From NCBI GenBank assembly GCA_964386225.1, contig CAYLTG010000005.1:1512-54506 (forward strand): DNA of 52,995 bases, read 5' to 3'. The DNA comes from an uncultured Bacteroidales bacterium (GTDB taxonomy: Bacteria; Bacteroidota; Bacteroidia; Bacteroidales; JAADJA01). Positions within the stretch are counted from its first letter, which is position 1; the number at the start of each line of letters is the position of its first letter. Under the pieces are notes generated by a model. That model worked only from the letters and a program-made list of their open reading frames with translations, ran no database searches and was not told the origin of the DNA. A program made the translations under genes and the position numbers. Shown here one piece after another: positions 10,126-18,971 of this stretch.

Positions 10126-10294
10126 CAGGTATTCAAGGTTCAACGTTGGGTCGCCCACCTCTTCCTTTTTCATTTTTAGTGATTTATTGATCCAATGCTT
10201 TATTGTCTCAAAAAGAACCTGCCTGCAGGAGGTTACAACTTTTTTGCCCCGCAGGCAGGAGAGGTTAATGTGTATGAATGAACACCGGTGTTCT

Positions 10295-10876
10295 CTAATC
10301 CAGCTCCCCTTCAAATGCGGCCAGGTGCTTGACGGACCCTTCCAGGAGGTGTGTGTAGGACTGGATGAGGTCCTTGGCCTGCAATACGTTGTCAATGTAG
10401 AATTGGATGTCTGACAGGTCTTTGGTTTCGATGGCGATCCCGACGAGGATGGCCTCCTGGCGTGATGCCTCACCCTGAAGGATCAGCGCCGTGTAAAGGG
10501 CCTGCAACTCTCCGTTCACAAAGACTCCCGGGCCGTTCCCGGTGATGGGGTTCGTCAGTTCGTACTTGACGAAGAACTTCGACATGGCCGACACATGCTT
10601 GTACTCGCTTGCCGCGATCTTTTCAAGGATCTTGAGCCCATGGACCCCGTAAAGGTAATTGTAAACATCCATGGCCATTTTTTCTTCTTCGACCATGTAC
10701 ATAAGGCTTTCAATTTCCGCGTCGGTCAGGACGATCTGGGTCTTCAATGATGCGTCCTTCGTTCCGTCGTCGGCAGGGTCCATCTCTGGGTCCTTGGTGC
10801 ATCCTGTGCTCATGACCAGAGCGCTCAGCAGGGCAAGGGCCATAAATTTCAATGGGGATAAGGGAAAGGTTCTCAT
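10295..10876 (-). CDS. DUF2202 (ferritin-like) lipoprotein
   Basis: 193 aa. Lipobox-like signal LLSALVMSTGC. DUF2202-type helices: LTDAEIESLMYMVEEEKMAMDVYNYLYGVHGLKILEKIAASEYKHVSAMSKFF and EASRQEAILVGIAIETKDL. Confidence 0.65.
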   Translation of the reverse strand: MRTFPLSPLKFMALALLSALVMSTGCTKDPEMDPADDGTKDASLKTQIVLTDAEIESLMYMVEEEKMAMDVYNYLYGVHGLKILEKIAASEYKHVSAMSKFFVKYELTNPITGNGPGVFVNGELQALYTALILQGEASRQEAILVGIAIETKDLSDIQFYIDNVLQAKDLIQSYTHLLEGSVKHLAAFEGELD

Positions 10877-11055
10877 AGCGTGGATAGTTTATGCACGTCA
10901 GTCGCCCGAAGTGCGGTTTTTAACTTTCTATGGAACAGAAATGGTCCTCCTTTCCCATTCTGTATAATGTTCGTAAAAATACGAAATAAAGATAAGGAAG
11001 TCAAGAGTTCGTTGATTTTTTTTCACCCGGCCCGGGGGTGGCTTTGGAAAGGAAT

Positions 11056-13047
11056 CTAATCTGGCACCTGGGAGGATCGACCGCGGTTGATCAGCCAGAG
11101 GTCGTTCTTGTCCGGATTGCTGCCTTGCAGGTCAAGGTTGGCATCCTGGAGCAAGTATCCCCGTTGCCCGGATGCTGACTGCCAGGCGGCGACGTCGTCG
11201 TCATCGACCTGCCCGTCGGCGTCAAGGTCGCCGGCGATCATTCCCCAACTGTCGGTACCGAGCGCCTTGATGCCGTCCTCACCGCCATGGACCTGGTCGG
11301 GTCCCGCGGTAAGATCAATGCTGAAGGTGCCGCCAGTATTGATCAGGGTGTATGCTGAAATGATGTCGAGGTGGTTGCGGTGCCGGATCACCAGGAACAG
11401 GCCTTTGTCGGGATCCTGGCTGAAGCGCGGCAGTTCGCCGTTCATGTCCAGGATCTGACCGTCGGTCATCAGCAGGCCTGCAAACCGCGCCACCGTCGTG
11501 CTTTCGCCGGCAATTTCCGGGGATGACGCATCCCGCAGTTCAAGGAGCACCCAGTCCTCCATGCCTTCCGGTACGCTGGCAAGGGATTCGGTGCCCGGAT
11601 AGTTCCAGGGAGCCTGGAAGTAGGGCTGCTCCATCGGGATGGTTGGCCCGAGGGCCCCGTTCATGGCGTCACTGGCGAAGGAGCCCTCCAGGAAGATACG
11701 GGCCTCGAGGAGATGATCTCCGGTCGTGAAGCTCCATACCGGACCCTTTACCGGCTCCGAGCCGTCGTCCACCAGGGCATACCATTCGTATTCCGTGTTG
11801 GCGCTGAGGTCGGGCCAGCTCACTGTGGCCGTCTCGCCCGATACAACGCCGGTCACGGTCCCGATCTGCTCGAAGCCGGCTTCAGTCATGTCATAGTCGA
11901 GGGTGAACTGGCTGTCCTCGTCGGTCTCCCATGCATTCAGCCAGGGCGAATAGGTACGCACCTCAATGGTGCTGGTGGCCGGCTTGAACTTCATCAGGCG
12001 CAGCCAGCCGGATCCGCCGGAGAGCCTGCTCTGATAGTCGGAGAGAAGGGAGTGGATGGTGTTTCCCAGGTGTGTGTCTGTGCGGTGCCCCTCTCCGGGC
12101 ACATGGCCGCATAACATCAGGAAGACATTGGCATTGTCCTTGAACTGGTTGTAGATCGCCTGCCCCTGGGTGCCGAAAAATACAATGCCGGTGTATACTC
12201 CGATGATGAAATGGCTCACGATGATGGCCCTGCGATCACTGTATGTCGCCAACAACTGGTCGGCCCAGTCGAGAACATCCTGTCCGGCATCCGGGTCATA
12301 TTCCAGGTGAATGGTGATGAAATCCATGCCGCCGGCGCTGAAAAGCTGATAGTGGTTGTCGTTGTCGTCGCCGAAATGGCCACCGTAATAGTTCCGGCCC
12401 AGAAAACGGGCCTCACCGAAGTATGCGTTGTACATTGCCGTGGTGCCATCTGGATCGCCGAAAGGCGACTGGTCATGGTTGCCCACGGCTATTCCGTATG
12501 GGATCCCGTCGTCAAGCGCGGTGCTGACAGGGTCTTCGATCTTGAGCATGGCCGTATCGGCCGCCTTCCACTCGTCTTCCACGGCATCCCCGTTCTCGAC
12601 GCAGTCACCCAGCTGGCTTACGAAAACAATGTTTTCCGCCAACATGTTGTCCGCGATCCATTGGGTCTGGCTGTAGAAGATGTCCGGGCTGCCGCCGTTC
12701 TTTTGCCCGGTGTAATATTGCGTGTCCGGCAGGCCGACGATGGTGAATTCATCTGCCGGGCCGGGTTTCCTGCGGCCATGGAAGGTCACGGTCAGCGGTT
12801 GCTGGTCCGGATGGGTCACAAGCACGGTCAGGGTCTGGCCGGTGGGTTGCTGGCCCGACTGGTCCTCCGGCGAAACGAGGACGGGAGGGTAAGGCTGTGC
12901 GGACACACGGGACAGGAATGGCGGGCAGGCTGACAATAGCAGCAATGCCAGGATTGATGCCGCCCGGGGAAAATGAATACCGACCATGTGCATGATTTCA
13001 GGTAATAACAAAAAAGCGGCGTGAATTGTTCTTGTCGATCCCCGCAC
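11056..13047 (-). CDS. Secreted calcineurin-like metallophosphoesterase fused to an FN3-like module and a C-terminal dockerin/EF-hand-like Asp-rich repeat
   Basis: Metallophosphoesterase motifs: FTIVGLPDTQYY, SQLGDCVENGD, VGNHDQ, MLCGHVPGEGH. C-terminus: GDLDADGQVDDDDVAAWQ ... DANLDLQGSNPDKNDL. The signal peptide begins at the internal MHMVGIHFPRAASILALLLLSACPP, so 12993 is an alternative start. Confidence 0.7.
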   Translation of the reverse strand: MRGSTRTIHAAFLLLPEIMHMVGIHFPRAASILALLLLSACPPFLSRVSAQPYPPVLVSPEDQSGQQPTGQTLTVLVTHPDQQPLTVTFHGRRKPGPADEFTIVGLPDTQYYTGQKNGGSPDIFYSQTQWIADNMLAENIVFVSQLGDCVENGDAVEDEWKAADTAMLKIEDPVSTALDDGIPYGIAVGNHDQSPFGDPDGTTAMYNAYFGEARFLGRNYYGGHFGDDNDNHYQLFSAGGMDFITIHLEYDPDAGQDVLDWADQLLATYSDRRAIIVSHFIIGVYTGIVFFGTQGQAIYNQFKDNANVFLMLCGHVPGEGHRTDTHLGNTIHSLLSDYQSRLSGGSGWLRLMKFKPATSTIEVRTYSPWLNAWETDEDSQFTLDYDMTEAGFEQIGTVTGVVSGETATVSWPDLSANTEYEWYALVDDGSEPVKGPVWSFTTGDHLLEARIFLEGSFASDAMNGALGPTIPMEQPYFQAPWNYPGTESLASVPEGMEDWVLLELRDASSPEIAGESTTVARFAGLLMTDGQILDMNGELPRFSQDPDKGLFLVIRHRNHLDIISAYTLINTGGTFSIDLTAGPDQVHGGEDGIKALGTDSWGMIAGDLDADGQVDDDDVAAWQSASGQRGYLLQDANLDLQGSNPDKNDLWLINRGRSSQVPD

Positions 13048-13132
13048 CCGCTGGGCCCGGCACCATGGCCGCCGGGTGATCAGGCGCGCCCGGTTGAACC
13101 CGCCTGGTTGCGGCTATGGCCTGATGACCAAT

Positions 13133-13255
13133 CTAAAGTGTGGTCAATATTGCGAAGATCCCGACCAGGAGGACGACGAAAAGGGCGATCTGCCAGTTTT
13201 TGTAGTCCCGCTCCCCAAAGAATAAGCCCGTGAAATAATTCAGAAATGTACGCAT
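13133..13255 (-). CDS. Possible 40-aa single-TM miniprotein (below the ORF-track size cut-off)
   Basis: My translation from CAT at 13253-13255: MRTFLNYFTGLFFGERDYKNWQIALFVVLLVGIFAILTTL, stop at 13133-13135. It has a clean hydrophobic helix, GC3-rich codons and an AT-rich upstream leader. It lies immediately upstream of the phosphoesterase gene on the same strand. No homology evidence. Confidence 0.25.
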   Translation of the reverse strand: MRTFLNYFTGLFFGERDYKNWQIALFVVLLVGIFAILTTL

Positions 13256-13425
13256 GTCTTGTCCTGTTCTTTATTCTTATTTTTTTGAATGTTTGGTCTT
13301 GGGTGTATACGCAGCAGGGGATGTCCATGTTACGGTCGGGATGTGGGTTTTGGAAAGACCGTCCGCGCATCTGACCGGAAATAGCTTGTTGGCAGGGGCA
13401 TGGGCCGGAATATTGAAAAAACACC

Positions 13426-13433
13426 TATTTTTG
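13426..13433 (+). promoter_or_regulatory. Bacteroidota-type -7 box (TATTTTTG = TAnnTTTG) upstream of the porin gene
   Basis: Exact match to the TAnnTTTG consensus, 74 nt upstream of the ATG at 13507, in an AT-rich gap. No good -33 TTTG at the expected spacing. Confidence 0.3.
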
Positions 13434-13506
13434 GGTTAGGAAAAGAATAGTGTGACGGAGGGAGGTTTCATCATGTTCTCCCTCCGGGTTACCCTCAACA
13501 TAAAAA

Positions 13507-14775
13507 ATGATTATGAAATACCGGTTGTCAAAAAGCGGGGCTGGGAACGGGGGGTGTCATTTCTGTTTGCGCCTGCATGCCGGCCTTTGGCTGGTGATGC
13601 TCCTTGTTGCTTTGTCATTGGGGAAACCGGGTGCGGCGCAGCCCGATACCGGACCCATCCAGGAGGAAAAGGAGCTCGCCGGGTATGATACCACGGCCTA
13701 CCACCCGCTGTTCATACAGAGCCGCGACGGCCGGTTCAGGTTCAACCTGGGGATGTATGCGCAGGTCCGGTATAACATGAACTGGAGGGCCGGTCTCCCC
13801 GATAGCGTGCAGGCCTTCACGCGTGGCTACAACCTGGCCCGGACCCGCCTGTTCCTGGAAGGGGACCTCACCGGGAAGTTCTACTACCATTTCCGCATCA
13901 ACGTGAACCCCAGCGGCAATTTCGAGCTGTTCGTCGCCTACCTGCAGTGGAACATCAACAGGAAATGGAACCTGCGGGCGGGCAGGCAGTTCATGGCGCT
14001 GGGACGGGAGGACTGGATGTACCCGCAGGACCTGGCCTCCATGGAGTTCTCCGCCCACGATTTCACCTTCGCCATCTGGTCTTCTTTCGGTGTGCAGGTG
14101 CGGCACGTACCATCGGATAGGCTGCGTTTCTGGCTCTCGGCCGGCAACGGAGCCTACGGCGGCCGGAGGGCCTTCCCGGCGCCAAAAGATTCGGACGTGC
14201 TATTCACCGGACGCCTGGAATGGAATGTGCTCGGCACCAGCTGGGGCCTGTGGGACGATATGCTCGGCCGGCCGGGCAGGGATTTCGGGATCCTCTTTGG
14301 ACTGGGCGCCGGCCAGCTGTTCCGCAGTGATGAAGAGGCCCTTGTGACCGATCCACAGGATGCCAGCCAGATAAACCTCGACTTCAGCATGTCCGGGAAT
14401 GGGTACCACCTTTTTGCCCATGGCACGATGACAAACCTGAACTACAGGGAGGATGTGAGCGACGATTACAGCAATTTCGGGTTTTATGCCACATTCGGGT
14501 ACTGGATCACCGAACACCTGTTCCCCTATCTCCGGTATGACATGGTTTCCCCCGGAAACCAGCCAGGTGAGCAGGAAACTTATTCTTCCCCGGGGATCGG
14601 ACTGAGCTATTACCCGTTCACCTGGACCAACCGCATGAAGTTTTCGGTCGAGTACAACCACCTCGCCGCCACGATCAATAATACGATCGTGCAGCCCGAC
14701 GGCCAGCTGGGCCTGATCGAAAGCAGCTACGGCAGCCAGCAGCACCTTCGGTTTCAGCTTCAATTCGGGTTTTAA
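13507..14775 (+). CDS. Outer-membrane porin (phosphate-selective porin O/P-like beta-barrel)
   Basis: 422 aa with a signal peptide (LWLVMLLVALSLGKPGAAQ). Porin_O_P-like segment: LARTRLFLEGDLTGKFYYHFRINVNPSGNFELFVAYLQWNINRKWNLRAGRQFMALGRED. Alternating beta-strand pattern. Terminal aromatic residue in LRFQLQFGF. Confidence 0.6.
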   Translation: MIMKYRLSKSGAGNGGCHFCLRLHAGLWLVMLLVALSLGKPGAAQPDTGPIQEEKELAGYDTTAYHPLFIQSRDGRFRFNLGMYAQVRYNMNWRAGLPDSVQAFTRGYNLARTRLFLEGDLTGKFYYHFRINVNPSGNFELFVAYLQWNINRKWNLRAGRQFMALGREDWMYPQDLASMEFSAHDFTFAIWSSFGVQVRHVPSDRLRFWLSAGNGAYGGRRAFPAPKDSDVLFTGRLEWNVLGTSWGLWDDMLGRPGRDFGILFGLGAGQLFRSDEEALVTDPQDASQINLDFSMSGNGYHLFAHGTMTNLNYREDVSDDYSNFGFYATFGYWITEHLFPYLRYDMVSPGNQPGEQETYSSPGIGLSYYPFTWTNRMKFSVEYNHLAATINNTIVQPDGQLGLIESSYGSQQHLRFQLQFGF

Positions 14776-15018
14776 GGGCCATGCATCCTCATTGGAAGAA
14801 AACAACCATTCTCAATTTCAGCCCTGTGCATTGGTTCATTCCGCCGGCACCTGGTTTCAAAGGTTATGCGGGTGACATGCCGGCTTTCATGCGGATCCAT
14901 GCCGCCGGTGGTCATTCGCTGATCATGCCCCGGAGATCTGGTTGCAATATTCTGGGAATCAGCACCTCCTTGATCGTGCCTCCATTTTGAATAATGTTGA
15001 ACTAAATAATATAACAGT

Positions 15019-16083
15019 ATGAAAAAGAACAGATCCTCATTGACGGGAAAATTTCTTGTCATCGCGTTCATGTCGACCCTTGCCGCCCCGCAACTTGCCG
15101 GGCAGGTGGAGCCCGGTCCCGTCGCCCCCGCCTACGCACGGGTTCAGAATGTCATGGAGGAGGCCTACGAACAGTTCCTGGGCGATGACTCGGGGGCCCC
15201 TGCCGATTATATCCCCGAACTGGCGCGGGTGGAGCCTGACCTCTTCGGCATTTCGATCGTGACGGTGGACGGGCGGCTTTTCCATGTGGGGAATACCGAT
15301 CACATGTTTTCCATTCAGTCCATTTCCAAGGTATTTACCCTGGCCATGGTCATGGAGGAGCTGGGGGAACAGGCTATCCTCGACAAACTGGGAGCTGAAC
15401 CTACGGGCATGCCTTTCAATTCGGTCCTCGCCATCGAATTCCAGAAGTCAAAGGTCGGGAATCCCCTGGTGAATGCCGGCGCGATGGCCACCACCAGCCT
15501 GCTGGCCGGTGAAACGCAACAGGAGAAATGGCTGAGGATCCTCAAGTTCTACAGCGACTGTGCGGGAACGGCACTCTCCATCATGCAGGATGTCTATGAA
15601 TCCGAGGCTGCCACCAACGACCGGAACCAGGCCATCGCCCGCCTGCTGGCGGCCTATGGCAGGATGTACAACGACCCCGCAGAGGCCGTTGACCTGTATA
15701 CGATGCAATGTTCGGTGGGGATCGATTGCGACGACCTGGCCGCCATGGGTGCCACCCTGGCGGCGGGCGGGGTGAACCCCTACACAGGCAAGCATGTGTT
15801 CTCCAACGAGCATGTGCCGCAGCTTCTGTCGGTGATGCTCTCCTGCGGCATGTACGACTATTCGGGGACCTGGTCCTTCAAGACCGGCCTCCCCGCCAAG
15901 AGCGGCGTTGGTGGCGGCATCGTGGCGGTGGTCCCCGGGAAAGGGGCCATCGCGGCCTTCTCTCCGCGCCTCGATGAAGCGGGCAACAGCATCCGGGCAC
16001 AGAAGGCCATCGCCTATATTTCGGAACAGCTCGACATCAATATTTTCGCCCCGGAATCGGTGGGTGTGGAAGTGGAGGATTGA
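15019..16083 (+). CDS. glsA: Glutaminase A with an N-terminal signal-peptide-like extension
   Basis: Classic GlsA motifs: DYIPELARVEPDLFGISIVTVDGRLFHVGN, FSIQSISKVFTLAMVMEE, GNPLVNAGAMATTSL, GLPAKSGVGGGIVAVVPGKGAIAAFSPRLDEAGNS. N-terminus: MKKNRSSLTGKFLVIAFMSTLAAPQLAGQ. Confidence 0.9.
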   Translation: MKKNRSSLTGKFLVIAFMSTLAAPQLAGQVEPGPVAPAYARVQNVMEEAYEQFLGDDSGAPADYIPELARVEPDLFGISIVTVDGRLFHVGNTDHMFSIQSISKVFTLAMVMEELGEQAILDKLGAEPTGMPFNSVLAIEFQKSKVGNPLVNAGAMATTSLLAGETQQEKWLRILKFYSDCAGTALSIMQDVYESEAATNDRNQAIARLLAAYGRMYNDPAEAVDLYTMQCSVGIDCDDLAAMGATLAAGGVNPYTGKHVFSNEHVPQLLSVMLSCGMYDYSGTWSFKTGLPAKSGVGGGIVAVVPGKGAIAAFSPRLDEAGNSIRAQKAIAYISEQLDINIFAPESVGVEVED

Positions 16084-16086
16084 TGG

Positions 16087-16128
16087 GTGAAGATTGAAGA
16101 TTGAAGAGTGAAGAGTGAAGAGTGAACG
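16087..16128. repeat. Six tandem heptamers (G/T)TGAAGA immediately after the glsA stop codon
   Basis: Read directly: gtgaaga ttgaaga ttgaaga gtgaaga gtgaaga gtgaacg. A T9 run follows at 16145-16153. Confidence 0.85.
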
Positions 16129-16326
16129 GTCGGGGAATCCACTATTTTTTTTTCTGGCGGAATTCTACCATGCTTTTTGGCGGGCATGGTCGTAATTTTA
16201 TTTCATGAAATTCAGGATGGATAACCGGAAGGATCCTGAGCATGAACCAAAGGACCAATACAAGAGCATCAACAACCAGAGACCAGAACCCCAAAGCCAG
16301 AACCCAAAAACCAAAAACCAAAAACC

Positions 16327-16425
16327 ATGAAAGCCACCATCAGAACCCTGGAAATGATCATGTTCTTCTCGGCGCCGGCCATGATCCTGGCCATCGCGGC
16401 ATTCACGATCATCCGCATGCTGTAG
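16327..16425 (+). CDS. Possible 32-aa hydrophobic miniprotein preceded by a CA-rich (CCAAAAA)n leader
   Basis: My translation: MKATIRTLEMIMFFSAPAMILAIAAFTIIRML, stop at 16423-16425. The ATG is directly preceded by cccaaaaaccaaaaaccaaaaacc. No homology evidence. Confidence 0.2.
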   Translation: MKATIRTLEMIMFFSAPAMILAIAAFTIIRML

Positions 16426-16468
16426 GGAGAACGGAACGAACTTCAGGAATGTGCTGGTCCGGTAGGAA

Positions 16469-18865
16469 TTACCGGATCAGCATCACTTTTTGCACCTGTG
16501 TCGTATGGCCCGCCTTGATCCTCAGATAATACATGCCGCTGCGCAGCCCTGACCCGTCAAGGATCACCTGGTGCGTGCCGCCCGGGTAGGGGGTGGGCGG
16601 CAACTCGAGCACTTTCTTCCCGTCTGTATTGAATGCCGTCAGGGAAACGGCCGACGGTATGAGGAGGCTGAACTGCAGGGTGGTGTGGCCTCTGAACGGA
16701 TTGGGTGAGATTCCCAGGATCGCCGCATCGGGAGGCTCTGGCCTGCCTGTTCCCATGGGGCCCGCCAGGGGCGACTCATAAGCCCCCAGGTCGGGACGGG
16801 AACCGGCCGGGTCGGGACGCGGGTGCCCCTCCTGGTCAAAGGAGTGGGAGCGGACCCACATGCCGTCGATCCAGGCCGAATCGGCGCCCCTGCCCAGGCA
16901 GTGGCTGTAGTCGCTCAGGTGAAAGTCGCCGGCCAGGCTGTCCAGGAATTTCGGATCAGCCGCTAAATTGGAGGTGTCCCAGTGAATGACCGAAACAGTC
17001 GTATCCAGAAGTATGACCGAATCCTGACCGTCCTGGACATCGCAATTGAAAACGTAGACGTGGCAGGGAGTCGTATCGGTGATGGAATTCAGAATGACCT
17101 GGTTGGGACTGTTATTCCAGAGGATGCTGTTGAACAGGACCGATTTGCTGCCCCGGCGCAGGGATATGGCACCTCCAAGCTGGCTGGTATTGGCGGTGAA
17201 GGTGCAGTGGATGAATTGAAAGGCGGAGCCATTGACCACGCCGATCGCAGCCGCAGTTCCTGTGCCTGCATCGTTATAGGCAAAAAGGGTGTTTGTTGCC
17301 CGGCCCGATATGCCACCTGCAATTGACAGGGCCCCGTAGATTGTTTCCGAACTGTTGCCCAGGAAAAGGGAATTGGCGATGCGGACATCGGTGACATTGC
17401 CGTTGACCTGCACCGCTCCGACCCGCTCCGCGTGGTTGCTTGTAAAGGTGCAATGGTCCAGGTTGACGGTGGTAAGGGGTGTGCCGGAATTGAATTGCTG
17501 CATGTGCACGGCGCCAAACCTGTATCCGGCAGAATTGTTTGAGAACATTGTGCCATTGAGCGTGAACTCGTACGGACCGGAATATTCATTCGTGTCGACC
17601 AGGAATTCAATGGCCCCTGCTTCATGGTAAGCCTGGTTGTCGGAGAACAGGACCTGGTCAGTGGTCAGGGTGGTGCACCAGTAGCGCAAAGCTCCTCCCG
17701 TATGGGCGGTGTTCCCGCTGAAATTTGACGATTCGATGGCCGCCGTGCTGAAATCCGAATAGATGGCACCTCCCAGGAAAGCTTTGTTGAGCGAAAAGTC
17801 ACAGTTCTTGATCCGGGTCTGGCAGTGCCAGTTGTGCAGGCCGCCGCTGATGCTTGCCGAGCTGTCGTTATAGAAAGTGGAATTCTGGATGAGCAGGTCG
17901 CAGAAGTCGGCTGCCACCCCGCCGCCGATGTTGAGGGCCATGTTGTTGTTGAAGCTGCACTGGTCAATGGTCACGGGTGACCCAAAGAGGCCGAGCCCGC
18001 CTCCCCACTCGGCGGTGTTCCCGTCGAAGATCACATTGGCGAAGCTTGCAGTATCGGCATTCCACATCATGAGGCCTCCTCCATGGCTGCTGGCAGTATT
18101 CTGCAGGAACGTGTCACCGTTGAGCGAAAGGTGAAAAGGCCCCCCGAAATTGATGGCCCCGCCGTGCTCTGCGGTGTTGTATGTGAAGGTGTTCCCTGCG
18201 AAAACCGGCTCGGATTCATGCACCTGGATGGCCCCGCCGTCGCGGGCCTTGTTGTGCATGAAGGTGCTGCTTTTGATGGATATGCCGGACCATGCCAGGT
18301 GGATGGCGCCTCCGGCAGGTGCCTCGTCATAGGATCCTCCCGCGCTGTTGAAGCGAAAAAGGCAGTGGGATATGCTGATCTTGCCAAAATTGACGGCGCA
18401 GATGGCGCCCCCGGCATTCAGGGACCACGCGTCGCCCACGGCCTTGCCATATTCCAGCGTGCAGTGGCTCAGGCGGGAGGTGTCGTTGGTGAGGGGCGTG
18501 TTGTCGAACCGGATGCCGTACCAGCCCCCGTCTGTGCTTGCCGGGTCGTGGAATCCGGTGGTGTCGTGGATGGTGAAGAGTATGGTGTCGGCGCTGCTGC
18601 CTTCCGCCAGCAACCGGCCTTGCACGAAGAGTGAGAAATGCCCCTGGAACTCGACGGTCACACCGGGGTCGATGGCGAGGGTGGCACCATCCGGAACGGT
18701 GATGTTGTCCTGAACCAGGTAGGGCGACCCGTCATGCGCCCAGAGGCCGCTGACGTCGCCGCCGGTTATGATCGTCTGGGCCGGGAGTAGCAGTGGCAGG
18801 TGCAATAGCAGCAGCAGTGGGAGCAGACTGCCGGCTGCCCGGGGGGTAGGGGTGGTTGTGTTCAT
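16469..18865 (-). CDS. Right-handed parallel beta-helix repeat protein (choice-of-anchor-Q-like module) with T9SS C-terminal sorting domain
   Basis: 798 aa with signal peptide LLPLLLLLHLPLLLPAQ. It contains many GGAI/GGAL-containing beta-helix rungs (NSAGGSYDEAPAGGAIHL, ARDGGAIQV, AEHGGAINF, SSHGGGLMM, AEWGGGLGL). Also DPKFLDSLAGDFHLSDYSHCLGRGAD. T9SS tail ISPNPFRGHTTLQFSL...GMYYLRIKAGHTTQVQKVMLIR. Confidence 0.75.
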   Translation of the reverse strand: MNTTTPTPRAAGSLLPLLLLLHLPLLLPAQTIITGGDVSGLWAHDGSPYLVQDNITVPDGATLAIDPGVTVEFQGHFSLFVQGRLLAEGSSADTILFTIHDTTGFHDPASTDGGWYGIRFDNTPLTNDTSRLSHCTLEYGKAVGDAWSLNAGGAICAVNFGKISISHCLFRFNSAGGSYDEAPAGGAIHLAWSGISIKSSTFMHNKARDGGAIQVHESEPVFAGNTFTYNTAEHGGAINFGGPFHLSLNGDTFLQNTASSHGGGLMMWNADTASFANVIFDGNTAEWGGGLGLFGSPVTIDQCSFNNNMALNIGGGVAADFCDLLIQNSTFYNDSSASISGGLHNWHCQTRIKNCDFSLNKAFLGGAIYSDFSTAAIESSNFSGNTAHTGGALRYWCTTLTTDQVLFSDNQAYHEAGAIEFLVDTNEYSGPYEFTLNGTMFSNNSAGYRFGAVHMQQFNSGTPLTTVNLDHCTFTSNHAERVGAVQVNGNVTDVRIANSLFLGNSSETIYGALSIAGGISGRATNTLFAYNDAGTGTAAAIGVVNGSAFQFIHCTFTANTSQLGGAISLRRGSKSVLFNSILWNNSPNQVILNSITDTTPCHVYVFNCDVQDGQDSVILLDTTVSVIHWDTSNLAADPKFLDSLAGDFHLSDYSHCLGRGADSAWIDGMWVRSHSFDQEGHPRPDPAGSRPDLGAYESPLAGPMGTGRPEPPDAAILGISPNPFRGHTTLQFSLLIPSAVSLTAFNTDGKKVLELPPTPYPGGTHQVILDGSGLRSGMYYLRIKAGHTTQVQKVMLIR

Positions 18866-18971
18866 GGCAACCTTGGGTTTTGAGCCGGCGACCCTAATTA
18901 TAGTGCGGGGGTAACCGGTGTTAATTCACCCCTAAATTTAAGGAAAAGAATCAAAGAAGTCAACCCCCCTG

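Noticed and set aside
16087-16128. Possible CRISPR or minisatellite
   Set aside because: The units are only 7 nt, contiguous and without spacers, so this is a simple tandem repeat and not a CRISPR array.
16242-16529. 95-aa plus-strand ORF across the CA-rich tract
   Set aside because: The product is low-complexity (Thr/Lys/Asn/Pro/His-rich). It overlaps the 3' end of the minus-strand beta-helix gene and reads through the simple-sequence tract, so it is likely non-coding.
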